In this document: piece by piece, positions 15,294 through 24,000 of the stretch
Position numbering within the stretch: position 1 is the first letter of the stretch
Layout of the letters: each line of letters starts with the position of its first letter
Origin: Elusimicrobiota bacterium
Lineage (GTDB): Bacteria; Elusimicrobiota; Endomicrobiia; Endomicrobiales; Endomicrobiaceae
Length of the DNA: 24,000 nt
Assembly (NCBI GenBank): GCA_031287735.1
Contig: JAITSO010000002.1
Coordinates: 55,572 to 79,571 of the forward strand
Direction: 5' to 3'
Made by a program: the position numbers and the translations under genes
The notes under the pieces: generated by a model
What the model saw: only the letters and a program-made list of their open reading frames with translations
Told to the model about the DNA's origin: nothing
Database searches by the model: none

Positions 15294-15956
15294 ATGTACA
15301 GTTTGACGAAAGTGCTGGTTTTGAAAAGCCAATTTCATAAAGAACACGACAAGTTATCTACCGTCTATTCTTATGAATACGGAAAAATGCAGGTTATTGT
15401 TCCGGGTGCCAAAAAAATAGCAGCAAAGCTTGCTTCTGCCACTGAACCAATCACTGAAAGTGAATTTATTATCCACAGAAATCACCCTATTTTAAGACCC
15501 ACTGTCACAGGTGGCGTTATTTTAAAAAATTTCATAGAAATAAAAACAAATTTCAAAAAAAATTTATACGCTTTATATGTCGCTGAAATTGTAGATAGTT
15601 TGCTTCCATTTAACCTTGAAAATTCAGATAAATATAAGCTTATTTTAAGGATACTGGAAGTGATATCCACCTGTCAAAACGTTAAATTAGCACTCTGTGC
15701 TTTTACTCTGCGTTTTTTGAAGCTTTCAGGTTACAGCTTTTTTGACTACTTAAAAAGCGTAGACACTTTTATTAGCCAAAAAACTTTTCAGCATATAAGG
15801 GAACTTTCAAATTGTAAAGGTTCAGATATTGACTTATTCGAAGGAATAAATGCAAAGCAAGTATGGAACTATATTGAGAACTATCTAACAAACTACATGC
15901 GGAGGCCTTGTTTAAGTATTTTTTTGGCAAAAATGGAATACTTAGGATACAATTAA
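15294..15956 (+). CDS. recO: DNA repair/recombination mediator RecO
   Basis: 220 aa. The N-terminal OB-like segment is VLVLKSQFHKEHDKLSTVYSYEYGKMQVIVPGAKK...LASATEPITESEF. It is followed by LYALYVAEIVDSLLP and LCAFTLRFLKLSGY, matching the usual RecO layout. I did not see a CxxC zinc motif. Confidence 0.7.
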   Translation: MYSLTKVLVLKSQFHKEHDKLSTVYSYEYGKMQVIVPGAKKIAAKLASATEPITESEFIIHRNHPILRPTVTGGVILKNFIEIKTNFKKNLYALYVAEIVDSLLPFNLENSDKYKLILRILEVISTCQNVKLALCAFTLRFLKLSGYSFFDYLKSVDTFISQKTFQHIRELSNCKGSDIDLFEGINAKQVWNYIENYLTNYMRRPCLSIFLAKMEYLGYN

Positions 15957-16030
15957 ATTTTGTGGTTGGTAATAATTCTATATGCAAATTTAGGTAAGCC
16001 AATATTTACTAGAAACGGAGAAAAGCAAAA

Positions 16031-17062
16031 ATGAAAGCTTTTATTTTAGCAGCTGGTATTGGAACAAGATTAAAACCACTAACAAACACTATCCCAAAGC
16101 CGATGGCAACCATACTTGGCAAACCAGTATTGCACCATATTGTAAATTTTTTGAGACATAGTGGCTTTAAAACTGCAATGATAAATTTACACTATAGATC
16201 TGAAGTCATAACAAATTATTTTAAAAGCAATCCCACAGAGCTGGAACTTCTATTTTCCTTTGAAAAAAAGTTGCTGGGTACTGCAGGTGCTATAAAGAAA
16301 AATGCTGGTTTTTTTGAAAAAACTTTTGTAGTGATATCGGGCGACGCGTTAGTTGATATCGATTTAAAAAAGGCATTGGCGTTTCATAAAGAAAAAAAAG
16401 GCATTGCAACAATAATTTTGAAAGTACCAGATTTTAAGTTGGAATATGGTGTTGCCATAACCAATAATAATGGCGAAATAGAATCTTTTATGGAAAAACC
16501 TTTATGCAGCAATGTGTTCAATGATAAAGTCAATACTGGAATTTACATCTTTGAGCCGCAGATTTTTGATTTTATTCCTGAAAATAAATTTTTTGATTTC
16601 AGTAAAGACCTTTTCCCTACATTGATGAGAAAGAAAGTGAAAGTCTTTGGTTTTGAAACAAAAGATTACTGGAAAGATATAGGTGATTTGTCCGGATACA
16701 AAAATGGAAATTTTGATGCTATCGATGGGAAAATTAAACTTTATTATTATGGTCATTTGATAAAAAAATCTTATACACATATATGCCGCCCCTCTCATAT
16801 TCATAAAAGCGTTAAACTGTATGCTCCTTATTTTATAGGCAAAAACGTTGTAATAAATGAAAACTCTGTGATTAAGCCGTACTCGGTTATTTCAGATGAC
16901 ACCAAAATTGGAGTTGGAGTTCACATCGAAAAAACTGTTATTCTAAATAGTGTAAAAATTTCAAGCGGAGTAAAGCTTACCAACTCATTAGTTGGGAACT
17001 GCACTCAAATTCCGTCGGGTATGACATTGTTTAATTCTGTAATAATGCAGTCAGGGAAATAG
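16031..17062 (+). CDS. Sugar-phosphate nucleotidyltransferase (GlmU/RfbA/ManC-like N-terminal domain plus left-handed beta-helix C-terminus)
   Basis: The N-terminus MKAFILAAGIGTRLKPLTNTIPKPM is the classic G-x-G-T-R-L nucleotidyltransferase signature. The C-terminus has hexapeptide-like repeats (IGKNVVINENSVI, IGVGVHIEKTVI). Sugar specificity cannot be read from the sequence. Confidence 0.8.
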   Translation: MKAFILAAGIGTRLKPLTNTIPKPMATILGKPVLHHIVNFLRHSGFKTAMINLHYRSEVITNYFKSNPTELELLFSFEKKLLGTAGAIKKNAGFFEKTFVVISGDALVDIDLKKALAFHKEKKGIATIILKVPDFKLEYGVAITNNNGEIESFMEKPLCSNVFNDKVNTGIYIFEPQIFDFIPENKFFDFSKDLFPTLMRKKVKVFGFETKDYWKDIGDLSGYKNGNFDAIDGKIKLYYYGHLIKKSYTHICRPSHIHKSVKLYAPYFIGKNVVINENSVIKPYSVISDDTKIGVGVHIEKTVILNSVKISSGVKLTNSLVGNCTQIPSGMTLFNSVIMQSGK

Positions 17063-17135
17063 CAACTTTTGATTACTTTGCGATTAATGTTTACAGAGAA
17101 CTTTATAGTGAATTGGATAAAATGAAGAGGTATGT

Positions 17136-17858
17136 ATGGGTAAAATTGCTCTTGTAACAGGAGCTTCAAAAGGTATAGGTGCTCAAATTGCACGAACTCT
17201 TGCAAGAGACGGTTTTGATATTTGGCTTAATTATTGCTCTAGCGATACGGAGGCACAAATAGTCAAAAAAGAAATAGAAGCAGCAGGCAAATCTTGCGTG
17301 CTTTTAAAATTTGACGTTGCAAGTGCTTTAGAAGTTGGCAAAGTTTTAATGCCTTTGCTTGATAATCAAATACCCTTTGTGGTTGTAAATAATGCAGGGT
17401 TTAGGAAAGATACGCTTCTGGTATGGATGAAAGAAAAAGAATGGCAAGATGTTATAAATGTGACTTTAAATGGGTTTTTTAATATTTCAAAAAGCATTTT
17501 ACCGTTTATGCTTAAAAAAAGAGAAGGCAGAATAATTAATATAGCCTCTGCTTCAGCACATTTTGCAATTCCTGGACAAAGCAATTATTCCGCTGCCAAA
17601 GCCGGTTTATTAGGTGCAACACGTTCGCTTGCAATTGAGATAGCAAAAAAAAATGTGCTAGTAAATGCTATTTCGCCCGGATTTATAGATACTGGAATGC
17701 TTGAAGGATTACCCAAGGAGCAAATACTGGCCACAATTCCCCTTGGTAGATTTGGAAAACCTGAAGATGTTGCCGAATTGGTTTCTTTTTTGGCTTCAGA
17801 AAAATCGGGGTATATAACTGGACAGGTTTTTCAAGTCAACGGAGGAATTTGCACATAA
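17136..17858 (+). CDS. fabG: Short-chain dehydrogenase/reductase, 3-oxoacyl-ACP reductase-like
   Basis: Contains ALVTGASKGIGAQIA (TGxxxGIG), NNAG, the catalytic YSAAKAG and PGFIDTGM; 240 aa. No other fab genes are adjacent, so the FabG assignment is by family resemblance only. Confidence 0.7.
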   Translation: MGKIALVTGASKGIGAQIARTLARDGFDIWLNYCSSDTEAQIVKKEIEAAGKSCVLLKFDVASALEVGKVLMPLLDNQIPFVVVNNAGFRKDTLLVWMKEKEWQDVINVTLNGFFNISKSILPFMLKKREGRIINIASASAHFAIPGQSNYSAAKAGLLGATRSLAIEIAKKNVLVNAISPGFIDTGMLEGLPKEQILATIPLGRFGKPEDVAELVSFLASEKSGYITGQVFQVNGGICT

Positions 17859-18075
17859 GCTTAAATTAGACGGGTATTGTCAGCAAAATGCGTGCGACGT
17901 TATACTTTTTAAAGTTCTATATTCCAGTTGTTTGTTTGATGCTTCTAAAATTATTTTCTGTGCTTTTAATTTTTCATATCTTTGATTATCTTTCAGCAGT
18001 TGTTCCGACCCAGATTTCATACGTGTAATTCTTAAAATGTAGTTTTCCAGGGACAAACTATAGCTGTTGTAAAAC

Positions 18076-19938
18076 TTGTTTGTGCTACAAAAAATTAGTG
18101 CAAGTACAGCAGAGGTTTATATGGGGCAAACAGGCTTGATATTTGGAGAGTTTGTGAACACAAGAACGATTTTGAATAAAAGACCTGTCATTTCTATTTT
18201 TGTTTTTTACTCCGTTGTGTTGATTATACTGAATGCTTGCGGGTATTTCGCTTATGAGAAGATGAGCCGGCTTTATCATTTCACAAGTGCCCGCTCTCAG
18301 GTTTTGCTTGAAGGGAAAATTATATCTGAACCTCAAACAATCAAAAAAAATAAGAGGTTTGTTTTAAAGACATATTTGGGGAACGGCAACAAAATTGCTG
18401 AGAAAGTACTGGTTACTTGTTCTACTGCATATTCAATAAAATATGGAGATATAATTTGTGTTAGTGGGAAATTAAGAAAACCTTTTAGTCAGGCATTTCC
18501 GTTTGGTTTCGACTACCAGAAATATTTAGCTCGCAATGAAATTTACACATGTTTGAATGTTAAAGATTTTGAATTTATAAAGTCAGATCCAAGTAATATA
18601 AAAAAAGTCGCTATTTCTTTTAAGTGCAGTATCGTTGAAAAAATAGATGCTTACTTTAAAAAAGCTTATGGCGATGTTCTGAAATCTTTGCTTATAGGCG
18701 ATGCGAGTTTGATTGAGCCAGATATAAAAATGAGTTTTAGAAATTCCGGACTTATGCATATTCTAGTAGTAAGTGGTCTGCATATAGGATTTGTAAGTAT
18801 TTTTATAGTTTTTATATTGAAATTTTTGGGTTTGCCTTTTAAAAAATCAAAATACATAAGCATTCCTTTTATATTTTTCTATTGCATTGTTACAGGTGCC
18901 AACCCGCCTGCTTTACGTGCAGCGATTATGTTTTCTTGTATCATAATTTCTATGTCTTTAGATAGAGAAGCTCTTACTTTCAATTCCATTGCTCTTTCAG
19001 CTTTGATAATTTTGTTGTTTCAACCTCAGCAACTTTTCACAGCTTCTTTTCAGATGTCATACGTTGCTACTATTGCAATAGTGTGTTTTTATCCAAAAAT
19101 ATCTGACGTTTTTTCATTTATAAAAAATCCTGTAGCGGAATTTTTTTGCAAAGTGCTTGCAATCACAATTTCAGCTCAATTATTGTTGACACCTATTTGT
19201 GCTTATTATTTTGGAAATGTATTTTTGGTTTCAGTGCTTGCAAATATAGTTGTCACGCCTTTTGCAGCAATAATTCTTTATCTGGGTCTATCATTTTACT
19301 TAATTAGCTTCATTTTTCCGCAGGTGGCAGCACTTATCAGCATATTGCTGTCTGCAATTTTGAAATTTATTTTAGCTGCAACCGTTTTGTTTGGTAATTT
19401 GAAATTTGCTTCTGTGCTAGTGGCAAAGCCTCTTGAATACCAGGTAATAATCTTTTTCATTTTTTTGTTTTGTAGCTTTTATTTGAGTGGCCGAAGACGT
19501 ATTTTTATACTATGCACGCTTATTTTATTGTTTGCACTTTGGATTTTATGCTCTAAATTTTATGAAAGAAATAAAGTTTTTTTCAATTTTTATGATAGTG
19601 GGCAAAACCACACTTTACAAGTAAAAAGTTCTTCTAAAAACTACTTTATTCTTTTTAGTGATAATTTTGGAATTAATGATTTTTATTTAGCATCTTTTAG
19701 TGACTTTTTGAATTTTTCTGGTGTAAAAAATCCGCAAATTTTTACATCATTTTCTAATTCTAGTAGGCTTTTCAAAAGATTTAAAAACTCAAATGTTAAA
19801 ACATTTAATGATTTAGATGCGAAAATAAAACTTGAGTTACCTAAAATTTCCATAGTTATAGACATGAAGGGTAGAAAAATCTTGGTAAACGATAAGGAAT
19901 TTGGCTTCAAAAATAAAAAATTTTTTATTGCAGTTTGA
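18076..19938 (+). CDS. comEC: ComEC/Rec2-family DNA internalisation channel protein with a degenerate C-terminal MBL remnant
   Basis: The N-terminal OB/DUF4131-like region (KIISEPQTIKKNKRFVLK...VLVTC) is followed by the competence-domain hallmark FRNSGLMHILVVSGLHIGF and many TM helices. The ORF opens with TTG at 18076; ATG at 18121 (MGQTGLIF) is an alternative start. Confidence 0.85.
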   Translation: MFVLQKISASTAEVYMGQTGLIFGEFVNTRTILNKRPVISIFVFYSVVLIILNACGYFAYEKMSRLYHFTSARSQVLLEGKIISEPQTIKKNKRFVLKTYLGNGNKIAEKVLVTCSTAYSIKYGDIICVSGKLRKPFSQAFPFGFDYQKYLARNEIYTCLNVKDFEFIKSDPSNIKKVAISFKCSIVEKIDAYFKKAYGDVLKSLLIGDASLIEPDIKMSFRNSGLMHILVVSGLHIGFVSIFIVFILKFLGLPFKKSKYISIPFIFFYCIVTGANPPALRAAIMFSCIIISMSLDREALTFNSIALSALIILLFQPQQLFTASFQMSYVATIAIVCFYPKISDVFSFIKNPVAEFFCKVLAITISAQLLLTPICAYYFGNVFLVSVLANIVVTPFAAIILYLGLSFYLISFIFPQVAALISILLSAILKFILAATVLFGNLKFASVLVAKPLEYQVIIFFIFLFCSFYLSGRRRIFILCTLILLFALWILCSKFYERNKVFFNFYDSGQNHTLQVKSSSKNYFILFSDNFGINDFYLASFSDFLNFSGVKNPQIFTSFSNSSRLFKRFKNSNVKTFNDLDAKIKLELPKISIVIDMKGRKILVNDKEFGFKNKKFFIAV

Positions 19939-20187
19939 GAGGTTTGCCGTTGGTCTTTAAAAGTGACTGGTCAGAACAAAAACTTAAAATATGTTTATAA
20001 AATTGGAGTTGGCTGACTATATGGAATTTGAAAACTGCCACTCATTATGTCAGAATGCGGAAATACCTGACAGTGAAGTTGTTTTTTTGTATAGGGTAGT
20101 TCATTTCTGTAAAGTCAGGACCGATAATTTAGAATCAGACGCACGCAATTATAGTGGATATGCTGTCAATGTGTTAGAAGGGTTACT

Positions 20188-22512
20188 ATGGAAAATTCAT
20201 CGATTGAAAAATTAAACCCTGCCCAAGAGGCGGCTGTTGCTTTTACAGATGGACCGCTGATAATTTTTGCAGGTGCTGGAACTGGCAAAACAAGAGTTAT
20301 TACACATCGCATATCAAATTTACTTTCTTTAGGCGTTTCGCCTCATTCAATACTTGCTGTAACCTTTACGAATAAAGCAGCTGCTGAAATGAAAAAACGT
20401 GTTTTAGAATTATCGCCGCGTCTTGCCAGCGGCGTTTGGATTTCTACTTTCCATTCTTTTTGCGCCTATTTTTTGAGAGTGGAAGCTTTAAAGATAGGGT
20501 TAAATCAAGACTTTTTAATCTACGATTTTGCAGACCAAAAAAATGTTGTCAGAGATTGCCTCAAGGAATTGAGCGTAGATGAAAAAAAGTTCAAACCTAA
20601 TTCCATGGTTGATAGAATCAGTCGTGCAAAAGATGATTTGAAATTTCCGGCGGATTTAGCTCTAAATTTTGGCACTAATTTTGAAATCACTGTTGTAAAA
20701 ATTTATGAACTGTATCAGAAAAAGCTTAAAAGAGCTGATGCTTTAGATTTTGGCGATCTGATAATGAAAACGGTTTGTGCGTTGAAAGATAGTTCAAGTC
20801 TATTAGCGTTTTACCAAGAACGTTTTAAATACATTATGGTAGACGAATATCAAGATACAAATCACGCTCAATACGAGCTTATAAAATTGCTTGCCGAAAA
20901 GCATAAAAATATTTGTGTTGTTGGAGATGATGACCAGAGCGTTTATTCATGGCGTGGGGCAGATGTCAACAACATTCTACACTTCGAAAAAGATTACCCT
21001 AATGCTGCAAGCATAAAATTGGAACAAAACTACCGTTCCACGCCTAAAATTTTAGAAGCTGCTTACAATGTTGTTAGAAACAATTCGTCAAGAGTTGAAA
21101 AAAAATTATGGACACAAAATCCAGATGTAGGAAGTGTTAAGTTGGTAAAAAACATGAATGAAGGCGATGAGGCGGCAAGAGTTGTGAGTTTAATTTCAAA
21201 CATTGCTTCAGAGACTAATGACGATTTTTCAAAATTTGCAGTTTTTTATAGAACTAATGCACAGTCCCGTTCTTTTGAAGATGCTTTTAGACGAACAGGT
21301 CTTGCTTATAGTGTTGTTGGGACATTGCGTTTTTACGATCGGCAAGAAGTCAAAGATGTTATGTCTTATTTAAAATTGATACATAATCCAAATGACAATG
21401 TGAGTTTTAAGCGAGTTGTAAATGTGCCACATAGAGGAATTGGAAAAACTTCTGTTGAAACATTAGAAAATTTTGCATTGCAAAAGGATTTGTCAATTTG
21501 GCAAGCTATTCCATTTGCTCAAGAGTCTGGTATTACAAACAGAGCGGTTTTAGCTTTTCAAAATTTTAAAAGATTTATAGATGATATCGCAGTTCAAAAA
21601 GAAAAAATAAGCGTTAAATCAATTGCTCAACAGGTTATAACTTTGTCGGGATATTTAAAAGAACTTGAAACTGAAAACAGCGTAGAGTCCAAAACAAAAA
21701 TAGAAAATGTGCAGGAGTTAATTTCTGCAATAGACGACTTTGAAAAACGTTCAGCAGATAAAACTTTATCCGGATATTTAACACAAATAGCTCTAGTCAA
21801 TGATACCGATTCTTTGGATGTGTCAAAAGGAAAAGTCACCTTGATGACGTTACACTTGGCGAAGGGATTGGAGTTCGACAATGTTTTTTTATGTGGATTG
21901 GAAGAAGGGTTATTTCCTATTGGCGAAGCAGCTTACAATGAGCAAGAATTAGAGGAAGAAAGACGTTTGATGTATGTCGGGATGACGCGGGCTAGAAAAC
22001 ATCTCTTTTTATGTTGGGCAGTTGAAAGGACTGTTTATGGAAAAACCAAATGGAACTTGCCGTCAAGATTCATTTATGAAGCTGGTTTTAAAGATGATTT
22101 TGAAAAAGAAAAACAAATGCAAAGCCAAAATAATTCTTTTGGAAATAATTTTAACCGTAGCTTTAATAAAACAAGGTGGAGTTCTCCGTATTTGAAACAA
22201 TCAAAGTCTAACTTTGGTGTTTTTCAAAACGACGATTCAAAAGTCAAAACCGCTTTCATTGGTAGCAGCGATAGCTATGATTACATGGCTGCCGATGTTG
22301 AAATAACAAAAGACAGCTATTTGTCTAATGCTAGTAAAAAAGGTGGGAATAGTCCTTATCGCATTGGAGTTTATGTTTTACATCCAATTTTTGGAAAAGG
22401 AAAAATTATTGAAAAAAATGGTTCAGGCAGCGATATTAAAATTGTGGTTCTTTTTGAAGGCGGACAATGGAAAAAACTTCTTGTAAGAGCGGCTAATTTA
22501 AAGTTAGTTTAA
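20188..22512 (+). CDS. pcrA: UvrD/PcrA-type superfamily 1 ATP-dependent DNA helicase
   Basis: Contains LNPAQEAAV, Walker A AGAGTGKT, TFTNKAAAEM, VDEYQDTN, GDDDQSVYSWRGA, LEQNYRST, TLHLAKGLEF and YVGMTRAR. The C-terminus is Tudor-like (YRIGVYVLHPIFGKGKIIE...VLFEGG..KKLL). Confidence 0.93.
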   Translation: MENSSIEKLNPAQEAAVAFTDGPLIIFAGAGTGKTRVITHRISNLLSLGVSPHSILAVTFTNKAAAEMKKRVLELSPRLASGVWISTFHSFCAYFLRVEALKIGLNQDFLIYDFADQKNVVRDCLKELSVDEKKFKPNSMVDRISRAKDDLKFPADLALNFGTNFEITVVKIYELYQKKLKRADALDFGDLIMKTVCALKDSSSLLAFYQERFKYIMVDEYQDTNHAQYELIKLLAEKHKNICVVGDDDQSVYSWRGADVNNILHFEKDYPNAASIKLEQNYRSTPKILEAAYNVVRNNSSRVEKKLWTQNPDVGSVKLVKNMNEGDEAARVVSLISNIASETNDDFSKFAVFYRTNAQSRSFEDAFRRTGLAYSVVGTLRFYDRQEVKDVMSYLKLIHNPNDNVSFKRVVNVPHRGIGKTSVETLENFALQKDLSIWQAIPFAQESGITNRAVLAFQNFKRFIDDIAVQKEKISVKSIAQQVITLSGYLKELETENSVESKTKIENVQELISAIDDFEKRSADKTLSGYLTQIALVNDTDSLDVSKGKVTLMTLHLAKGLEFDNVFLCGLEEGLFPIGEAAYNEQELEEERRLMYVGMTRARKHLFLCWAVERTVYGKTKWNLPSRFIYEAGFKDDFEKEKQMQSQNNSFGNNFNRSFNKTRWSSPYLKQSKSNFGVFQNDDSKVKTAFIGSSDSYDYMAADVEITKDSYLSNASKKGGNSPYRIGVYVLHPIFGKGKIIEKNGSGSDIKIVVLFEGGQWKKLLVRAANLKLV

Positions 22513-22530
22513 ACTATTTTAAGAGGATAA

Positions 22531-23706
22531 ATGGAATACAACTTTGACAAAATTATAAACAGAATGAACACAAATTCTATTAAATATGATTTTGCACAAG
22601 AATACGGTTTTCCAAAAGATGTTATTCCACTTTGGGTTGCAGATATGGACTTTCAGACGACCTATGATGTTATAAAAAAACTTATTGCCGTTTCTAAACA
22701 TGGGATTTTTGGATATAGCGATGTTAAAGATGATTATTATTTTGTTGTTCAAAACTGGTTTCGCAAAAGATTCAAATTTAAACCTGCCAAACAAGACTTT
22801 ATATTATCGCCAGGCGTAGTTTTTGCAATCGCTTGTGCAGTTAGGGCTTTTACGAAAGAAAAAGAAAACGTTTTGATACAAACCCCTGTTTATCATCCTT
22901 TTCACGCAGTAGTAAAGTCAAACAATAGAACACTCGTTAAAAATTCTCTTGTCCTTTGCAAAGATAAATATGAAATAGATTTTAAAAATTTTGAAAAGCA
23001 AATAATAGAAAACAAAGTCAAACTTTTTATTCTTTGCAGTCCACATAATCCCGTTGGTCGTGTGTGGACAAAAGATGAGCTTATAAAAATTGGCAGCATT
23101 TGTTTTGAGCATAAAGTTGTAGTAATCTCAGATGAGATACACTGTGATTTTGTTTATAAAAGTTACAAGCATACGGTGTTTGCTTCGCTAGGGAAAAATT
23201 TTTTGAATAATTCTATTGTTTGTACAGCTCCTAGCAAATCTTTTAATCTTGCTGGTCTTCAAACATCTAATATTTTTGTCGCAAACCCTATTTTAAAAGC
23301 AGCTTTAAAGAAAGAATTTGTAAAAACCGGGTTTGAGCAATTAAACACCATGGGGCTTGCCGCTTGTCAAACAGCTTATGAGAAAGGTGAAGAATATATT
23401 AACCAATTAAATAGTTATCTTGAGAAAAATTTAGATTTTGTTAGACAATTTTTGAAAAAAAATATTCCTGAAATTAAGCTTATAGAACCACAAGGAACTT
23501 ACCTTTTATGGCTTGATTTTAATACATTAAAACTTTCGCCAAAAAAATTTAGAGAATTAACCGTAGATAAAGCAAAATTATGGCTATCACCCGGTCAAAC
23601 CTTTGGTTTAGAAGGTAAAGGTTTTTTTAGAATGAACATAGCTTGTCCTATTTCAACTATAAAAAAGGCACTAGCGTCTTTAAAAAAAGCTGTTTTTGAA
23701 AAATAA
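22531..23706 (+). CDS. PLP-dependent C-S lyase / aminotransferase class I-II (PatB/MalY cystathionine beta-lyase family)
   Basis: The N-terminus YNFDKIINRMNTNSIKYDF...VIPLWVADMDF is typical of MalY/PatB. Other matches are CSPHNPVGRVW, the PLP-lysine motif APSKSFNLAGL and the C-terminal FFRMNIACP. Confidence 0.8.
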   Translation: MEYNFDKIINRMNTNSIKYDFAQEYGFPKDVIPLWVADMDFQTTYDVIKKLIAVSKHGIFGYSDVKDDYYFVVQNWFRKRFKFKPAKQDFILSPGVVFAIACAVRAFTKEKENVLIQTPVYHPFHAVVKSNNRTLVKNSLVLCKDKYEIDFKNFEKQIIENKVKLFILCSPHNPVGRVWTKDELIKIGSICFEHKVVVISDEIHCDFVYKSYKHTVFASLGKNFLNNSIVCTAPSKSFNLAGLQTSNIFVANPILKAALKKEFVKTGFEQLNTMGLAACQTAYEKGEEYINQLNSYLEKNLDFVRQFLKKNIPEIKLIEPQGTYLLWLDFNTLKLSPKKFRELTVDKAKLWLSPGQTFGLEGKGFFRMNIACPISTIKKALASLKKAVFEK

Positions 23707-23780
23707 TGGATTAAAATTTTTGCTGGCACTTGTACCAATTTTAATTTTTAATTTACTGATTAGATAAAAGGAGAGTAAAA

Positions 23781-24000
23781 ATGGAAAATTATGAAAAAAT
23801 ATCTGCTGAAGGTGTTAATGAAAACGCCGCAAAATTGATTGGTCAAGGGTGGATGTTGATTACTGCCGGGAATGAGAAGCTGTTTAATTCTATGACGGCA
23901 AGTTGGGGAACGCTCGGCCATTTGTGGAATAAAAACATTGCTACAATTTTTATTCGTCCGCAAAGGTATACAAAAGAATTTGTAGATAAAGAAAGCGTAT
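23781..24000 (+). CDS. Flavin reductase-like (FMN-binding split-barrel) family protein; 5' part only, continues past the window end
   Basis: AAAGGAG lies upstream of ATG at 23781. My own translation gives MENYEKISAEGVNENAAKLIGQGWMLITAGNEKLFNSMTASWGTLGHLWNKNIATIFIRPQRYTKEFVDKESV. The W-M-L-I-T-A-G...N-x-M-T-A-S-W-G pattern resembles that family. Only 73 codons are visible. Confidence 0.5.
   Translation, partial: MENYEKISAEGVNENAAKLIGQGWMLITAGNEKLFNSMTASWGTLGHLWNKNIATIFIRPQRYTKEFVDKESV

Noticed and set aside
17880-18028. Pair of mutually antisense 46-codon ORFs in the fabG-comEC spacer: plus strand 17888-18028 (hydrophobic) and minus strand 17880-18020 (K/E/Q-rich)
   Set aside because: Neither has an SD. 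T-rich or A-rich spacer sequence naturally yields hydrophobic or charged pseudo-peptides. I cannot choose between them or support either.
19991-20215. 74-aa plus-strand ORF upstream of and overlapping the pcrA start
   Set aside because: It has no SD and no recognisable motif, and it overlaps the well-supported pcrA start by 28 nt. It is most likely a chance ORF within the comEC-pcrA spacer.
22075-22360. Low-complexity N/S/F/K-rich stretch in the PcrA C-terminal region
   Set aside because: It sits in the known variable linker between the helicase core and the C-terminal Tudor-like domain of PcrA/UvrD. There is no DNA-level repeat, and the composition is consistent with AT-rich genome drift.
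1-24000. Searched for mobile-element hallmarks (integrase, transposase, inverted terminal repeats, att duplications), reverse transcriptases, toxin-antitoxin pairs and restriction-modification genes
   Set aside because: None of the ORFs of 60 aa or more, nor the small ORFs I translated by hand, show such motifs. All long ORFs except 5188-6507 have confident housekeeping assignments.

Overview
AT-rich bacterial chromosomal segment. It is probably from a diderm, because it encodes a beta-barrel porin ending in Phe and several Sec signal peptides. I cannot assign a taxon from the sequence alone. Gene content is almost entirely housekeeping. On the minus strand are serA (truncated by the window edge) and a class V aminotransferase (serC-type role). 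These are divergent from purH, which is followed by tRNA-Leu(CAG). Further on, a translationally coupled minus-strand operon runs ferredoxin, uppS, exported beta-CASP metallo-beta-lactamase protein, membrane-anchored TPR protein. After that come a phosphate module (porin, pstS, pstC, pstA, pstB), recO, a sugar-phosphate nucleotidyltransferase, a fabG-like SDR, comEC, pcrA/uvrD, a PatB/MalY-type C-S lyase and the start of a flavin-reductase-like gene. I saw no CRISPR array, transposase, integrase, rRNA, toxin-antitoxin pair or reverse transcriptase. The one clearly accessory-looking locus is the monocistronic gene at 5188-6507, immediately downstream of tRNA-Leu. It combines a Cys-rich zinc-ribbon-like N-terminus, a winged-helix-like middle region and a nucleoside 2-deoxyribosyltransferase-like (NDT/TIR/SLOG superfamily) C-terminal domain. 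That C-terminal domain is interrupted by nine nearly identical in-frame 30-bp tandem repeats. This is my best candidate for an undescribed conflict or nucleotide-processing module. Function is inferred from motifs only, without any database search. Secondary curiosities are a signal-peptide-bearing beta-CASP protein fused into the uppS operon, a ComEC whose C-terminal MBL domain looks vestigial, a 57-aa ferredoxin missing from the ORF track, and a roughly 370-bp ORF-free core between the divergent serC and purH promoters.
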